Notes: generated by a model not told the origin, from the sequence alone. Positions 38,637 to 45,104 are shown, numbered from the stretch's first letter. The stretch: DNA of 64,000 bases from a virus (IMGVR_UViG_3300013121_000010:77903-141902); one strand, 5' to 3'. Translations and numbers: made by a program.

Positions 38637-38685
38637 CACCTTTTCATTCACAGTGAACTATGCAGACCTCTACACTAATATCTCC
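38612..38685 (-). tRNA. tRNA-His (GTG)
   Basis: 8-bp acceptor GGAGATAT/ATATCTCC, consistent with the His G-1 position; anticodon loop CTGTGAA; T-arm GTCAG-TTCGATT-CTGAT. Confidence 0.55.
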
Positions 38686-38692
38686 ATACAAG

Positions 38693-38766
38693 TGGGCAAC
38701 TTGAGATTTGAACTCAAACTTTACTGCTTTTGAGACAGTTGCTTCTGCCAATTGAGCGAGTTACCC
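38693..38766 (-). tRNA. tRNA, anticodon tentatively CAA
   Basis: Acceptor GGGTAAC/GTTGCCC; T-arm TTGAG-TTCAAAT-CTCAA; anticodon stem ACTGT/GCAGT with loop CTCAAAA; short variable arm. Confidence 0.4.
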
Positions 38767-38782
38767 GTTTCTTATTATAAAA

Positions 38783-38857
38783 TTCGGGGGTAAGGAATCG
38801 AACCTTAGCATTCTTCGTTCAAAGCGAAGTAGGATTACCAACAACCCCAGCCCCCGA
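38783..38857 (-). tRNA. tRNA-Gln (TTG)
   Basis: Anticodon stem CTTCG/CGAAG with loop CTTTGAA; T-arm TAAGG-TTCGATT-CCTTA. Confidence 0.55.
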
Positions 38858-38858
38858 G

Positions 38859-38929
38859 TACCCACTACAGGAATCGAGCCTGTTTCTTAACTTTGTCACA
38901 GTTACATTCTACCATTGAACTAAGCGGGT
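38859..38929 (-). tRNA. tRNA-Val (GAC)
   Basis: Anticodon stem TAACT/AGTTA with loop GTGACAA; T-arm ACAGG-CTCGATT-CCTGT. Confidence 0.5.
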
Positions 38930-38950
38930 GTGTTATTTTCAATAACTTAG

Positions 38951-39023
38951 TGACTGCTCTCAGAATCGAACTGAGTTCCGAAGTGCTTCAAACTTCTGCT
39001 ATAACCATATCAGCTAAACAGTC
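38951..39023 (-). tRNA. tRNA-Phe (GAA)
   Basis: D stem GCTG/TAGC; anticodon stem GAAGT/ACTTC with loop TTGAAGC; T-arm CTCAG-TTCGATT-CTGAG. Confidence 0.6.
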
Positions 39024-39029
39024 ATTTGT

Positions 39030-39195
39030 ATTTCTTTAATGTCTAATACTAAAGACAGGGGCGGTAGGCCCTCCACCAGTTAGATAAATCTAACAGTGAC
39101 GCATACGGGTACTGCCCCCGTCTATTCTGGTTGAAAGCCAGACTACCTCACTTGATGTATAATGCGCCGTCTGTGGGACAGTTTCCATCCCACTT
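39030..39195 (-). ncRNA. GC-rich structured RNA immediately downstream of the Ro60/Rsr gene; candidate Y-RNA-like ncRNA with its own promoter
   Basis: About 50% GC in a 30% GC genome; hairpins GUGGGA-UGGAAACUG-UCCCAC, ACGGG-GGCAGUA-CCCGU and GUUAGAU-UUAUCUAAC; no credible ORF; the promoter at 39201-39229 fires into it. Confidence 0.4.
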
Positions 39196-39200
39196 GTTTT

Positions 39201-39229
39201 ATTATACCAGGAACTTAGCGTTCTGTCAA
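39201..39229 (-). promoter_or_regulatory. sigma70-like promoter TTGACA-17-TATAAT (minus strand) inside the 3-prime end of the Ro60 gene
   Basis: Reverse complement reads TTGACAgaacgctaagttcctggTATAAT. Confidence 0.55.
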
Positions 39230-40780
39230 GTCCGACATTTCCTTTGCATATCTTAAAATTCCGTCGCTCCATCCACCTAAGATATAAGTTCTGTCGTATA
39301 CTTCTGGCATAATAGTATCAGTATATCCAGCGACCTGCACAAGATATACATTTACCTTTGGATTGACGTTCTTTCTATAGGTGTTCACCAACATAGGAAC
39401 ATCAATACAATATGAATGATACCATAAATACTTTGAGTATTCATCTGGGTTCCTACCATAAAGTCCACCATGACCAGCTTGCATATCACTATAGATGAAA
39501 ACATTATCCCAATGTTCAGCTTTAGCTATAGCATCACGCCAAAACAACCAAATTCCATTTTCAGTTGATTTACCAATTCTGTTAGCTAAACTATTAGCAT
39601 TTTTTAAATCATCAAAAATACTAGAATTTTTGCGAATACTGAAAGTTTCCAGTTTATCACCAAAAACACCTAAATATCCATCATTAGAAACCTTACCAGT
39701 AATAATACCAGTTAAGTTCGCAATTTCAGATACCTTAACAGAACCATATTGACTAGTAGTTGTACCTTGTGCCGAACCACTATTATCGCAAAGCGACATA
39801 GTACGTCCTTTAAACTGAGGTAGTGAATGCAAGGAAATATTCAGGCAGTTTTCAATTGCATCCAAAACACTACCAGGAGCATTTACAGCTTTCAGTTCTT
39901 TGTAAGCCGTCCAATACCTAAACGGCAGTTGCTTACCTTTTTCGGCAGTTTTAACCAACTTATCTAGAACAACTTCCATATTAGCATTATTTTCAACAAA
40001 ATTTCTCAAATTGCGAAGTAATGCCATGTGCCCCATAACTGGAACGCATTCATCCCAACTTTTACCTTGAGAACGCATACTTTCCCAAGTTTCAGTATTT
40101 TTCAAAGTACCCTTTACAAGCCCATCAATAGCTGGTGTAGGAACAGGGTGAACCAAGTTAATAACATCTACTGTCTTAACTTCACGATTCTCCATTTTGT
40201 ACTTAGCAAGTTCATACTCACTAAATGTTGTTAAAACATAAGCTAAGGCTCGCTTTAAAGAGCTAGGGATAGCCACGCCTTTGAATGCGGACTTGTGATA
40301 AGCCACACAAACAGCAGGTTCATCCGCCCTCTTAACTATTTCCTTTGCATATCTGCGTATTAATTGAGTGCCTTTACTACCTTTATGGTTTGCAGCCCTT
40401 ACCAAAATAACTTGTGGTGTAGTTCTGATATTATCAGTATTACGCAAATGAGCGGCAAGTTCTAGAGTTTGTTTAACACTAAAATCTAAAGCCTTATCAA
40501 TACACTTCTCAAGAGTATTCTTAGCAGTATCACCTTCTAGCTCTACCAAAACCTTACCAAGTTGCTTAGTTAGGTCAAACTTAACCTTAAAAGTAGGAGA
40601 AGCCTTTTGAGTTTCTCCATAATAAGTTGGTTCGCCAAAGAAACAGCTTGCTGCTGCAACACGAAGTTTATGAATTGGATTGGAAATATCAAAGGATGTT
40701 CCATCCATAAAATTACGATGAGAGTTCTTATGAACTCTCTTTTCGTTTAGTGAGTTTACTCTTTTAGAATTTACAGCCAT
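39215..40780 (-). CDS. rsr: Ro60/Rsr orthologue (TROVE domain plus C-terminal vWA with MIDAS)
   Basis: N-terminal TROVE-like ...AAASCFFGEPTYYGE...; C-terminal vWA with DxSGS MIDAS (LCDNSGSAQG); 521 aa, matching Ro60 domain order and size. Confidence 0.6.
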   Translation of the reverse strand: MAVNSKRVNSLNEKRVHKNSHRNFMDGTSFDISNPIHKLRVAAASCFFGEPTYYGETQKASPTFKVKFDLTKQLGKVLVELEGDTAKNTLEKCIDKALDFSVKQTLELAAHLRNTDNIRTTPQVILVRAANHKGSKGTQLIRRYAKEIVKRADEPAVCVAYHKSAFKGVAIPSSLKRALAYVLTTFSEYELAKYKMENREVKTVDVINLVHPVPTPAIDGLVKGTLKNTETWESMRSQGKSWDECVPVMGHMALLRNLRNFVENNANMEVVLDKLVKTAEKGKQLPFRYWTAYKELKAVNAPGSVLDAIENCLNISLHSLPQFKGRTMSLCDNSGSAQGTTTSQYGSVKVSEIANLTGIITGKVSNDGYLGVFGDKLETFSIRKNSSIFDDLKNANSLANRIGKSTENGIWLFWRDAIAKAEHWDNVFIYSDMQAGHGGLYGRNPDEYSKYLWYHSYCIDVPMLVNTYRKNVNPKVNVYLVQVAGYTDTIMPEVYDRTYILGGWSDGILRYAKEMSDLTER

Positions 40781-41109
40781 TTTTAAATCTCCTAATCCTA
40801 GATTTCTAACCTTTCTTTAATAAGTTTTGTAAAATAATCGAATGCTATCTGTTTAGCTTTTTCAATACCTTCATCTACTGGACAAAGAACAATTTTTGTT
40901 TTTATAACTAGAAATTGGGTCCATTACCTTATAACATTCAGAAAGAGTATGTGGATACCATCCTTTAAAGATTTTCATATTATCTAACCTTTCATTTTAA
41001 AAGATATTCTTAGAGAACATAACTATAAAGTGTTTTTAATCCCAATTTTTTGATGGACGGGATTTTCAATTTTAAATGAAGTAACTCTATATCTCACATC
41101 TAAAAATAA

Positions 41110-41184
41110 GTGGACCTTGAGGGAGTCGCACCCTCTATCAGAATTTGCAGGATTCCAAATTTACCTCTAAAAAGGCCCATTTTG
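41110..41184 (-). ncRNA. tRNA-like RNA with non-canonical T-loop TGCGACT and anticodon-like loop CCTGCAA (Cys-like GCA); lies upstream of rsr
   Basis: Acceptor GGGCCTT/AAGGTCC; T-arm GAGGG-TGCGACT-CCCTC (G in place of the universal U55); C at position 33 of the anticodon loop. Confidence 0.45.
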
Positions 41185-41261
41185 TAGAGAACAATTAAAC
41201 AGGTTAGTGCTTTCGCACGACTAATTAATTCTAATTGAAGTAACCCATTTATTCACATCTA
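41185..41261 (-). repeat. conserved 78-nt element, copy 2
   Basis: See copy 1 at 37753-37830. Confidence 0.5.
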
Positions 41262-41265
41262 CAAG

Positions 41266-41338
41266 CACCAATAACGGGAATCGAACCCGCCGCGATAGGA
41301 TAGACAGTCCTACATCACCCCCAGATGAACTTATTGGT
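41266..41338 (-). tRNA. tRNA-Asp (GTC)
   Basis: Anticodon stem TAGGA/TCCTA with loop CTGTCTA; T-arm GCGGG-TTCGATT-CCCGT. Confidence 0.5.
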
Positions 41339-41349
41339 ATATCAAACAG

Positions 41350-41433
41350 TCTCGGAGACAGGATTTGAACCTGCATGGTCATTAAGACCGGAAACTTCTA
41401 AGGTTTCTGCGTATCCCTTTCCGCCACTCCGAG
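41350..41433 (-). tRNA. tRNA-Leu (TAG), type II
   Basis: Anticodon stem GAAAC/GTTTC with loop CTTAGAA; variable-arm hairpin GGTC-TTAAT-GACC; T-arm GCAGG-TTCAAAT-CCTGT. Confidence 0.55.
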
Positions 41434-41546
41434 ATAAAATTAAGCTAGTAGGTCAGGTAACGCTCCTGCAACAACGGATTAACAGTCCGCCCGAAAAACT
41501 TCTTTCATCCTACTAATATGAGAGGAATCCTCTCATTTGTTCTTTC

Positions 41547-41575
41547 ATTATACCGGAAGCTTTCCTTCCTGTCAA
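41547..41575 (-). promoter_or_regulatory. sigma70-like promoter TTGACA-17-TATAAT (minus strand) with a structured roughly 95-nt leader before tRNA-Leu
   Basis: Reverse complement reads TTGACAggaaggaaagcttccggTATAAT; the leader holds hairpin GAGAGGAUUCCUCUC and a long-range stem TAGTAGG...CCTACTA. Confidence 0.55.
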
Positions 41576-41589
41576 GCCCCATCTCTAAA

Positions 41590-41960
41590 AATTTTTAAAG
41601 CGTAGCTTTACCATAAAACGGAGTTTTTAACTCATTAAACCTATCAGCATCAAAGTTTAAAATAAAATCCGTAGTACCATCATCAAAGATATATTCTTTA
41701 TCGCCGATTGATACTGAACATGTACGCACACTTATTATAAGCAACGTATTTACCAACTTCGATAGAACTTCCAGCTAAATCTAACATATCTTTACAACTT
41801 TCTTTTCCTGAAAACCTTTATATGTTTCTTTAAGTGTAACACTTAAAACTTTAGAGTCATCACCGTTAGAATCTTTAACGAGAACCTCAAGTTCTCCGTC
41901 TAGCTTTTCAAGTTCTTTGATTAAGTCTTTAACCAACATAGTGCTATACACTCCTTACAA
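41590..41960 (-). pseudogene. decayed fragments of the CPIALAIKEK-family / MLDSVGKK-family gene pair
   Basis: Minus-strand frames encode ...FDADRFNELKTPFYGKATL (matches the C-terminus of ORF 43889-44185) and MLDLAGSSIEVGKYVAY (matches the N-terminus of ORF 43563-43895), interrupted by stops. Confidence 0.45.
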
Positions 41961-42053
41961 CTCAAGAGTTACGACAAACGGGGTTTTTAGTAACCAGTCG
42001 TTACCTTCATCAAAGTTATTAACAAAATTCTTTTTCTTTTTTGCTTGAAAATA

Positions 42054-42140
42054 AACAGTCCCGAATAAAGGAATTGAACCTCTTGACCGCCACCATACTT
42101 AATAGGTCAACTGTTTTACAGACAGCCGTATGGGATAGCC
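42054..42140 (-). ncRNA. tRNA-Tyr (GTA)-like gene lacking a canonical D-arm, with a large variable stem-loop (paralogue of 44204-44288)
   Basis: Anticodon stem GCTGT/ACAGT with loop CTGTAAA; only about 10 nt (ATCCCATACG) between acceptor and anticodon stem; variable stem TTGACC/GGTCAA. Confidence 0.4.
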
Positions 42141-42174
42141 GGGGATTAAGTAGCGCAATCAGGACTCGAATCAG

Positions 42175-42247
42175 CACCATCAGCAGGAGTCGAACCCGCA
42201 TAGAACTGTTTAGAACACAGACACACTATCCGTTGTGTTATGATGGC
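42175..42247 (-). tRNA. tRNA-Arg (TCT)
   Basis: D stem ACAC/GTGT; anticodon loop GTTCTAA; T-arm GCGGG-TTCGACT-CCTGC. Confidence 0.5.
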
Positions 42248-42347
42248 GTTTTCTTAGGTATTCCTTTTAATTTTTATTCCCTAAGTGGCAAAACTTTAGT
42301 ATTAGAAGGCTTCTGTGACCAACATAACTAAAATCTTGTCAAAGTGT

Positions 42348-42420
42348 TAGATACTGGAGTCGCACCAATCAGTCCTACCTTATGAGGGTTGGTTGAGCCT
42401 ACGCCCATCTGGCTTGTTCA
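42348..42420 (-). ncRNA. tRNA-Met (CAT)-like with T-loop TGCGACT and a mismatched acceptor stem
   Basis: Anticodon stem AACC/GGTT with loop CTCATAA; T-arm ATTGG-TGCGACT-CCAGT; paralogue at 44488-44560. Confidence 0.4.
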
Positions 42421-42423
42421 TTC

Positions 42424-42452
42424 ATTATACCGGAAGCATCGCTTCCTGTCAA
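42424..42452 (-). promoter_or_regulatory. sigma70-like promoter TTGACA-17-TATAAT (minus strand)
   Basis: Reverse complement reads TTGACAggaagcgatgcttccggTATAAT. Confidence 0.55.
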
Positions 42453-42453
42453 G

Positions 42454-42524
42454 TCCCCATTGCTGGAATCGAGCCAGCTTCTTATCCGTGTCATAGATAC
42501 ATTCTACCATTGAACTAAACGGGG
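42454..42524 (-). tRNA. tRNA-Val (GAC), second copy
   Basis: Anticodon stem TATCT/GGATA with loop ATGACAC; T-arm GCTGG-CTCGATT-CCAGC. Confidence 0.45.
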
Positions 42525-42529
42525 GTTAA

Positions 42530-42610
42530 GCAGGTTTGTGACAAATCGAATGCCCTAGCTTTCGCAACTGTTTTGGAGGCAGTTTCCCATCCCACTGGGG
42601 AGCAAACCTG
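42530..42610 (-). tRNA. tRNA-Trp (CCA) with an 8-bp terminal helix and a long variable region
   Basis: Terminal stem CAGGTTTG/CAAACCTG; D stem CCCC/GGGA; anticodon loop CTCCAAA; paralogue at 44561-44640 has terminal stem CATATTTG/CAAATATG (compensatory). Confidence 0.45.
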
Positions 42611-43230
42611 TATTACATTGGAAGGATTATTGATTACCTTCAACCATCCTTAAATCCGATATTGTTCAGCCATACACTTATAGAGTAGCTAGTTCTATAA
42701 TTAACGTGTAGCTCGTTTGGTTACAAGCAAAGGAAAGCAGACTTCAACATTGTTCTTATTCCTTACCACCCTCACATCAGGTTGGCCAACCCAATGCTAT
42801 TAGTGCTTTATACCGAATTTACATTCTGAACGTTAGTAGGACACTTTTCAGTGTACTCCCAACTGTATTTAGGGCAGTCAACCCTATTTTCTACCACAAT
42901 GTAAGTAGCCCCGCATGGAAGTCGAACCATGTTCCCAAGATTAACCTACTACTATTAGTTTCCTAATCAGAAATATTTTTATTTCTTTGTAGTCTGGACT
43001 ATATCATCAACCAAATTGGTTGTTTCGCGTTTAGTCTCTGAGGAACCCTTTCGGTTTCCTGCTGATTGCCCAATATTTTAGATTGTCACGATTGTAATCG
43101 TACTAAAATCTCTAAGGGGTTTCCAGCATATAGCGAAATTCATTTTACATATTACTATGTAAACGCTCTTATTTTATGGAATCAAGTCTTGTGCTAATCC
43201 AGTTAAAGCTTCGGAGCCATTTTCTTCTTA

Positions 43231-43259
43231 CATTATATCAGATGCTTCGCATCTTGTCA
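43231..43259 (-). promoter_or_regulatory. sigma70-like promoter TTGACA-17-TATAAT (minus strand) firing into the ORF-free 42610-43225 region
   Basis: Reverse complement reads TTGACAagatgcgaagcatctgaTATAAT. Confidence 0.55.
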
Positions 43260-43553
43260 AGTTCTCTCTATTGTAAAACTAATTTCTCTCAATTTGTTAA
43301 AATTTGCTGTATCAAAATTCTTAATAAACTTATCAACTTTATTACAATCTTTAATAGAAGTAACTTTATATCTCTTCTTAGTATATCTATCTATAAATAT
43401 TTCAATAGACCCAGAATCACCAACAATTGCTGTTTTATGTAGCTTTTCTTTAATAGCTAAAGCAACTGGGCAAAATTGACATATATCCAGTGACTTTATT
43501 TTATTTTTAGCCTGTTCAATATGCTTACGCTTAACTTCAATTTTAATACTCAT
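43257..43553 (-). CDS. CPIALAIKEK-motif family protein (paralogue A2)
   Basis: KRKHIEQAKNK...CQFCPVALAIKEKLHK; three intact paralogues plus one decayed copy. Confidence 0.5.
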   Translation of the reverse strand: MSIKIEVKRKHIEQAKNKIKSLDICQFCPVALAIKEKLHKTAIVGDSGSIEIFIDRYTKKRYKVTSIKDCNKVDKFIKNFDTANFNKLREISFTIERT

Positions 43554-43562
43554 AATAAATCC

Positions 43563-43895
43563 TTAATCGCTAAAATCTAACACACCTTTATGTAACCACT
43601 TTTCTATACACTTTTTAAGTGTACATGAATTTGGTATACCATTAAAAAAATCTTTTACAATTTCTAGCGGTTCAACCACTACAAACTTTCCTGCTTCTTT
43701 AAAAGTTGTAATAATTTTAATTGTTAGTTGTGGTTTATAGTCTACGCTAAGTCTTTGAATTTTAACCTTATTTTTATTTTCATCAATATCAATAACTTTT
43801 CCGGTTATCATTCCATATTCAGCGTCAACATTACCTTTACCCCCATAAGAGATAAAATCACCAATATTAACCTTTTTACCAACAGAATCTAACAT
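43563..43895 (-). CDS. hypothetical protein (MLDSVGKK family)
   Basis: Translationally coupled to the upstream paralogue; a fragment homologue lies in the 41590-41960 pseudogene. Confidence 0.45.
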   Translation of the reverse strand: MLDSVGKKVNIGDFISYGGKGNVDAEYGMITGKVIDIDENKNKVKIQRLSVDYKPQLTIKIITTFKEAGKFVVVEPLEIVKDFFNGIPNSCTLKKCIEKWLHKGVLDFSD

Positions 43896-44185
43896 AGTTT
43901 TACAACTTCCAATGTAAGATAAAATGGTGTTTTCAATTCATTATATTTTTCACCATCAAAAGATTCTACAAAATCTTTAACGTGCAAATTGCCATAACTA
44001 TAACGCTTATCATCTATGAAGATTCTAGCACCACTATCAACATCAACCCTCTTATGAGTTTTCTCTTTAATAGCTAGAGCAATAGGGCAGCATGAGCTTA
44101 AAACAATACCATTTTTATGTCTAATTTTCTTTGCTCTTTCAATATGGCGTTTAAGAACTTTTACTTTAATCAACTTCATACCCAT
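43889..44185 (-). CDS. CPIALAIKEK-motif family protein (paralogue A1)
   Basis: KRHIERAKKI...SCCPIALAIKEKTHK. Confidence 0.5.
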   Translation of the reverse strand: MGMKLIKVKVLKRHIERAKKIRHKNGIVLSSCCPIALAIKEKTHKRVDVDSGARIFIDDKRYSYGNLHVKDFVESFDGEKYNELKTPFYLTLEVVKLC

Positions 44186-44203
44186 TCCTTTCTTTTAGTG
44201 CCA

Positions 44204-44288
44204 ACCAAGGGAATCGAACCCCCTGCCGCCACCATACATATTAATGGCAGTTGATTTACAGTCAACCGTATGGGATAGCTGGCTTAAG
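44204..44288 (-). ncRNA. tRNA-Tyr (GTA)-like gene lacking a canonical D-arm (paralogue of 42054-42140)
   Basis: Acceptor GCCAGCT/GGTTGGC; anticodon stem GTTGA/TCAAC with loop CTGTAAA; variable stem CTGCC/GGCAG enclosing an 18-nt loop; T-arm GGGGG-TTCGATT-CCCTT. Confidence 0.4.
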
Positions 44289-44359
44289 TCTCGCAGGCAA
44301 GAATCGAACTTGCATTTTGAGCTTATGAAGCTCACGAATTGCCATTACTCTACCGCGAA
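44289..44359 (-). tRNA. tRNA-Met (CAT)
   Basis: Acceptor TTCGCGG/CTGCGAG; anticodon stem TGAGC/GCTCA with loop TTCATAA; T-arm GCAAG-TTCGATT-CTTGC. Confidence 0.5.
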
Positions 44360-44360
44360 G

Positions 44361-44433
44361 TAACCACGGTCGGTCTTGCACCGACATCTGACAATTTAGA
44401 AGATTGCCGCTCTATCTATTAAGCTACGTGGTC
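44361..44433 (-). tRNA. tRNA-Arg (TCT)-like with T-loop TGCAAGA
   Basis: D stem GCTT/GAGC; anticodon stem GCAAT/ATTGT with loop CTTCTAA; T-arm GTCGG-TGCAAGA-CCGAC (G55). Confidence 0.45.
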
Positions 44434-44448
44434 GTGTTTTGTTCTTTC

Positions 44449-44477
44449 ATTATAACAGAGGGAAAACCTCTTGTCAA
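44449..44477 (-). promoter_or_regulatory. sigma70-like promoter TTGACA-17-TATAAT (minus strand)
   Basis: Reverse complement reads TTGACAagaggttttccctctgtTATAAT. Confidence 0.55.
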
Positions 44478-44487
44478 GTGGCAGATA

Positions 44488-44560
44488 TTGGAGTCGCACC
44501 AATCAAATTAACCTTATGAGGGTTAGTCGAGCCTTCGCCCATCTGCAAGCATATTTGTGA
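44488..44560 (-). ncRNA. tRNA-Met (CAT)-like with T-loop TGCGACT (paralogue of 42348-42420)
   Basis: Anticodon stem AACC/GGTT with loop CTCATAA; T-arm ATTGG-TGCGACT-CCAAT. Confidence 0.4.
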
Positions 44561-44640
44561 GGAATCGAACCCCTTAGCGTTTAGCAACTGTTTTGGAGGC
44601 AGTTTCCCATCCCACTGGGAAGCAAATATATGAGCCGTAA
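44561..44640 (-). tRNA. tRNA-Trp (CCA), paralogue of 42530-42610
   Basis: D stem TCCC/GGGA; anticodon loop CTCCAAA; T-loop TTCGATT. Confidence 0.45.
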
Positions 44641-44649
44641 AACGGCAAG

Positions 44650-44741
44650 CGGAAAGTAAGGGAATCGAACCCTCATTGCATTTTCAGGTGCAACCTAGTT
44701 TTCAAGACTAGTGCGACCTACCAATAGTCGCCAATCTTTCC
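44650..44741 (-). tRNA. tRNA-Ser (TGA), type II
   Basis: D stem GCGAC/GTCGC; anticodon stem CTAGT/ACTAG with loop CTTGAAA; variable stem TTGCA/TGCAA; T-arm GAGGG-TTCGATT-CCCTT. Confidence 0.55.
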
Positions 44742-44780
44742 ATTTATAGGATTTTGTCCTACTTTGTATTATATCGGAAG

Positions 44781-45089
44781 TTACGGTTTATGTAAAGTGT
44801 CCCTAGCAATTTTAAATTTAATTGGGCGAGCTTTATTAAATAAACCGTTATCAAAATTACTAATAAAATTATCAATTGCGGAAACATACCTGTTTCCTAA
44901 AACTTCGTATACTTTACCATCTATATTAATATCTTCTGGAGATATAACATAAACTTTTTTATGAGTCTTTTCCTTAATTGCTAATGCAATTGGACAAGAA
45001 TTAGAGCTAACGCAATCATATTTTTGTGCAATTTTAATTGCATCTTTAATATGTTTTCTAGTAACTTGAATTTCAATCATATGTTTCAC
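44781..45089 (-). CDS. CPIALAIKEK-motif family protein (paralogue A3)
   Basis: RKHIKDAIKI...NSCPIALAIKEKTHK. Confidence 0.5.
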   Translation of the reverse strand: MKHMIEIQVTRKHIKDAIKIAQKYDCVSSNSCPIALAIKEKTHKKVYVISPEDINIDGKVYEVLGNRYVSAIDNFISNFDNGLFNKARPIKFKIARDTLHKP

Positions 45090-45104
45090 ACTTTTCCTTT
45101 CTAG

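Noticed and set aside
39090-39272. 60-aa minus-strand ORF overlapping the GC-rich region downstream of rsr
   Set aside because: It overlaps the rsr 3-prime end and the promoter, has an Arg/Gly-rich GC-driven composition, and is more likely spurious within a structured ncRNA.
40790-41000. Possible small minus-strand ORF between rsr and the tRNA-like gene
   Set aside because: Two overlapping short frames (35 aa and about 30 aa) separated by a frameshift, with no motif, so the evidence is insufficient.
41434-41545. Palindromic hairpin ATGAGAGGA-AT-CCTCTCAT followed by TTGTTCTTTC, looking like a plus-strand terminator
   Set aside because: There is no plus-strand transcription unit nearby; the hairpin is more plausibly part of the structured leader of the minus-strand promoter at 41547-41575.
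42141-42174. Second T-arm-like sequence AGGACTCGAATC just upstream of tRNA-Arg(TCT)
   Set aside because: It is too short for a tRNA (about 35 nt between neighbouring genes) and looks like a partial duplication of the adjacent T-arm/acceptor region.
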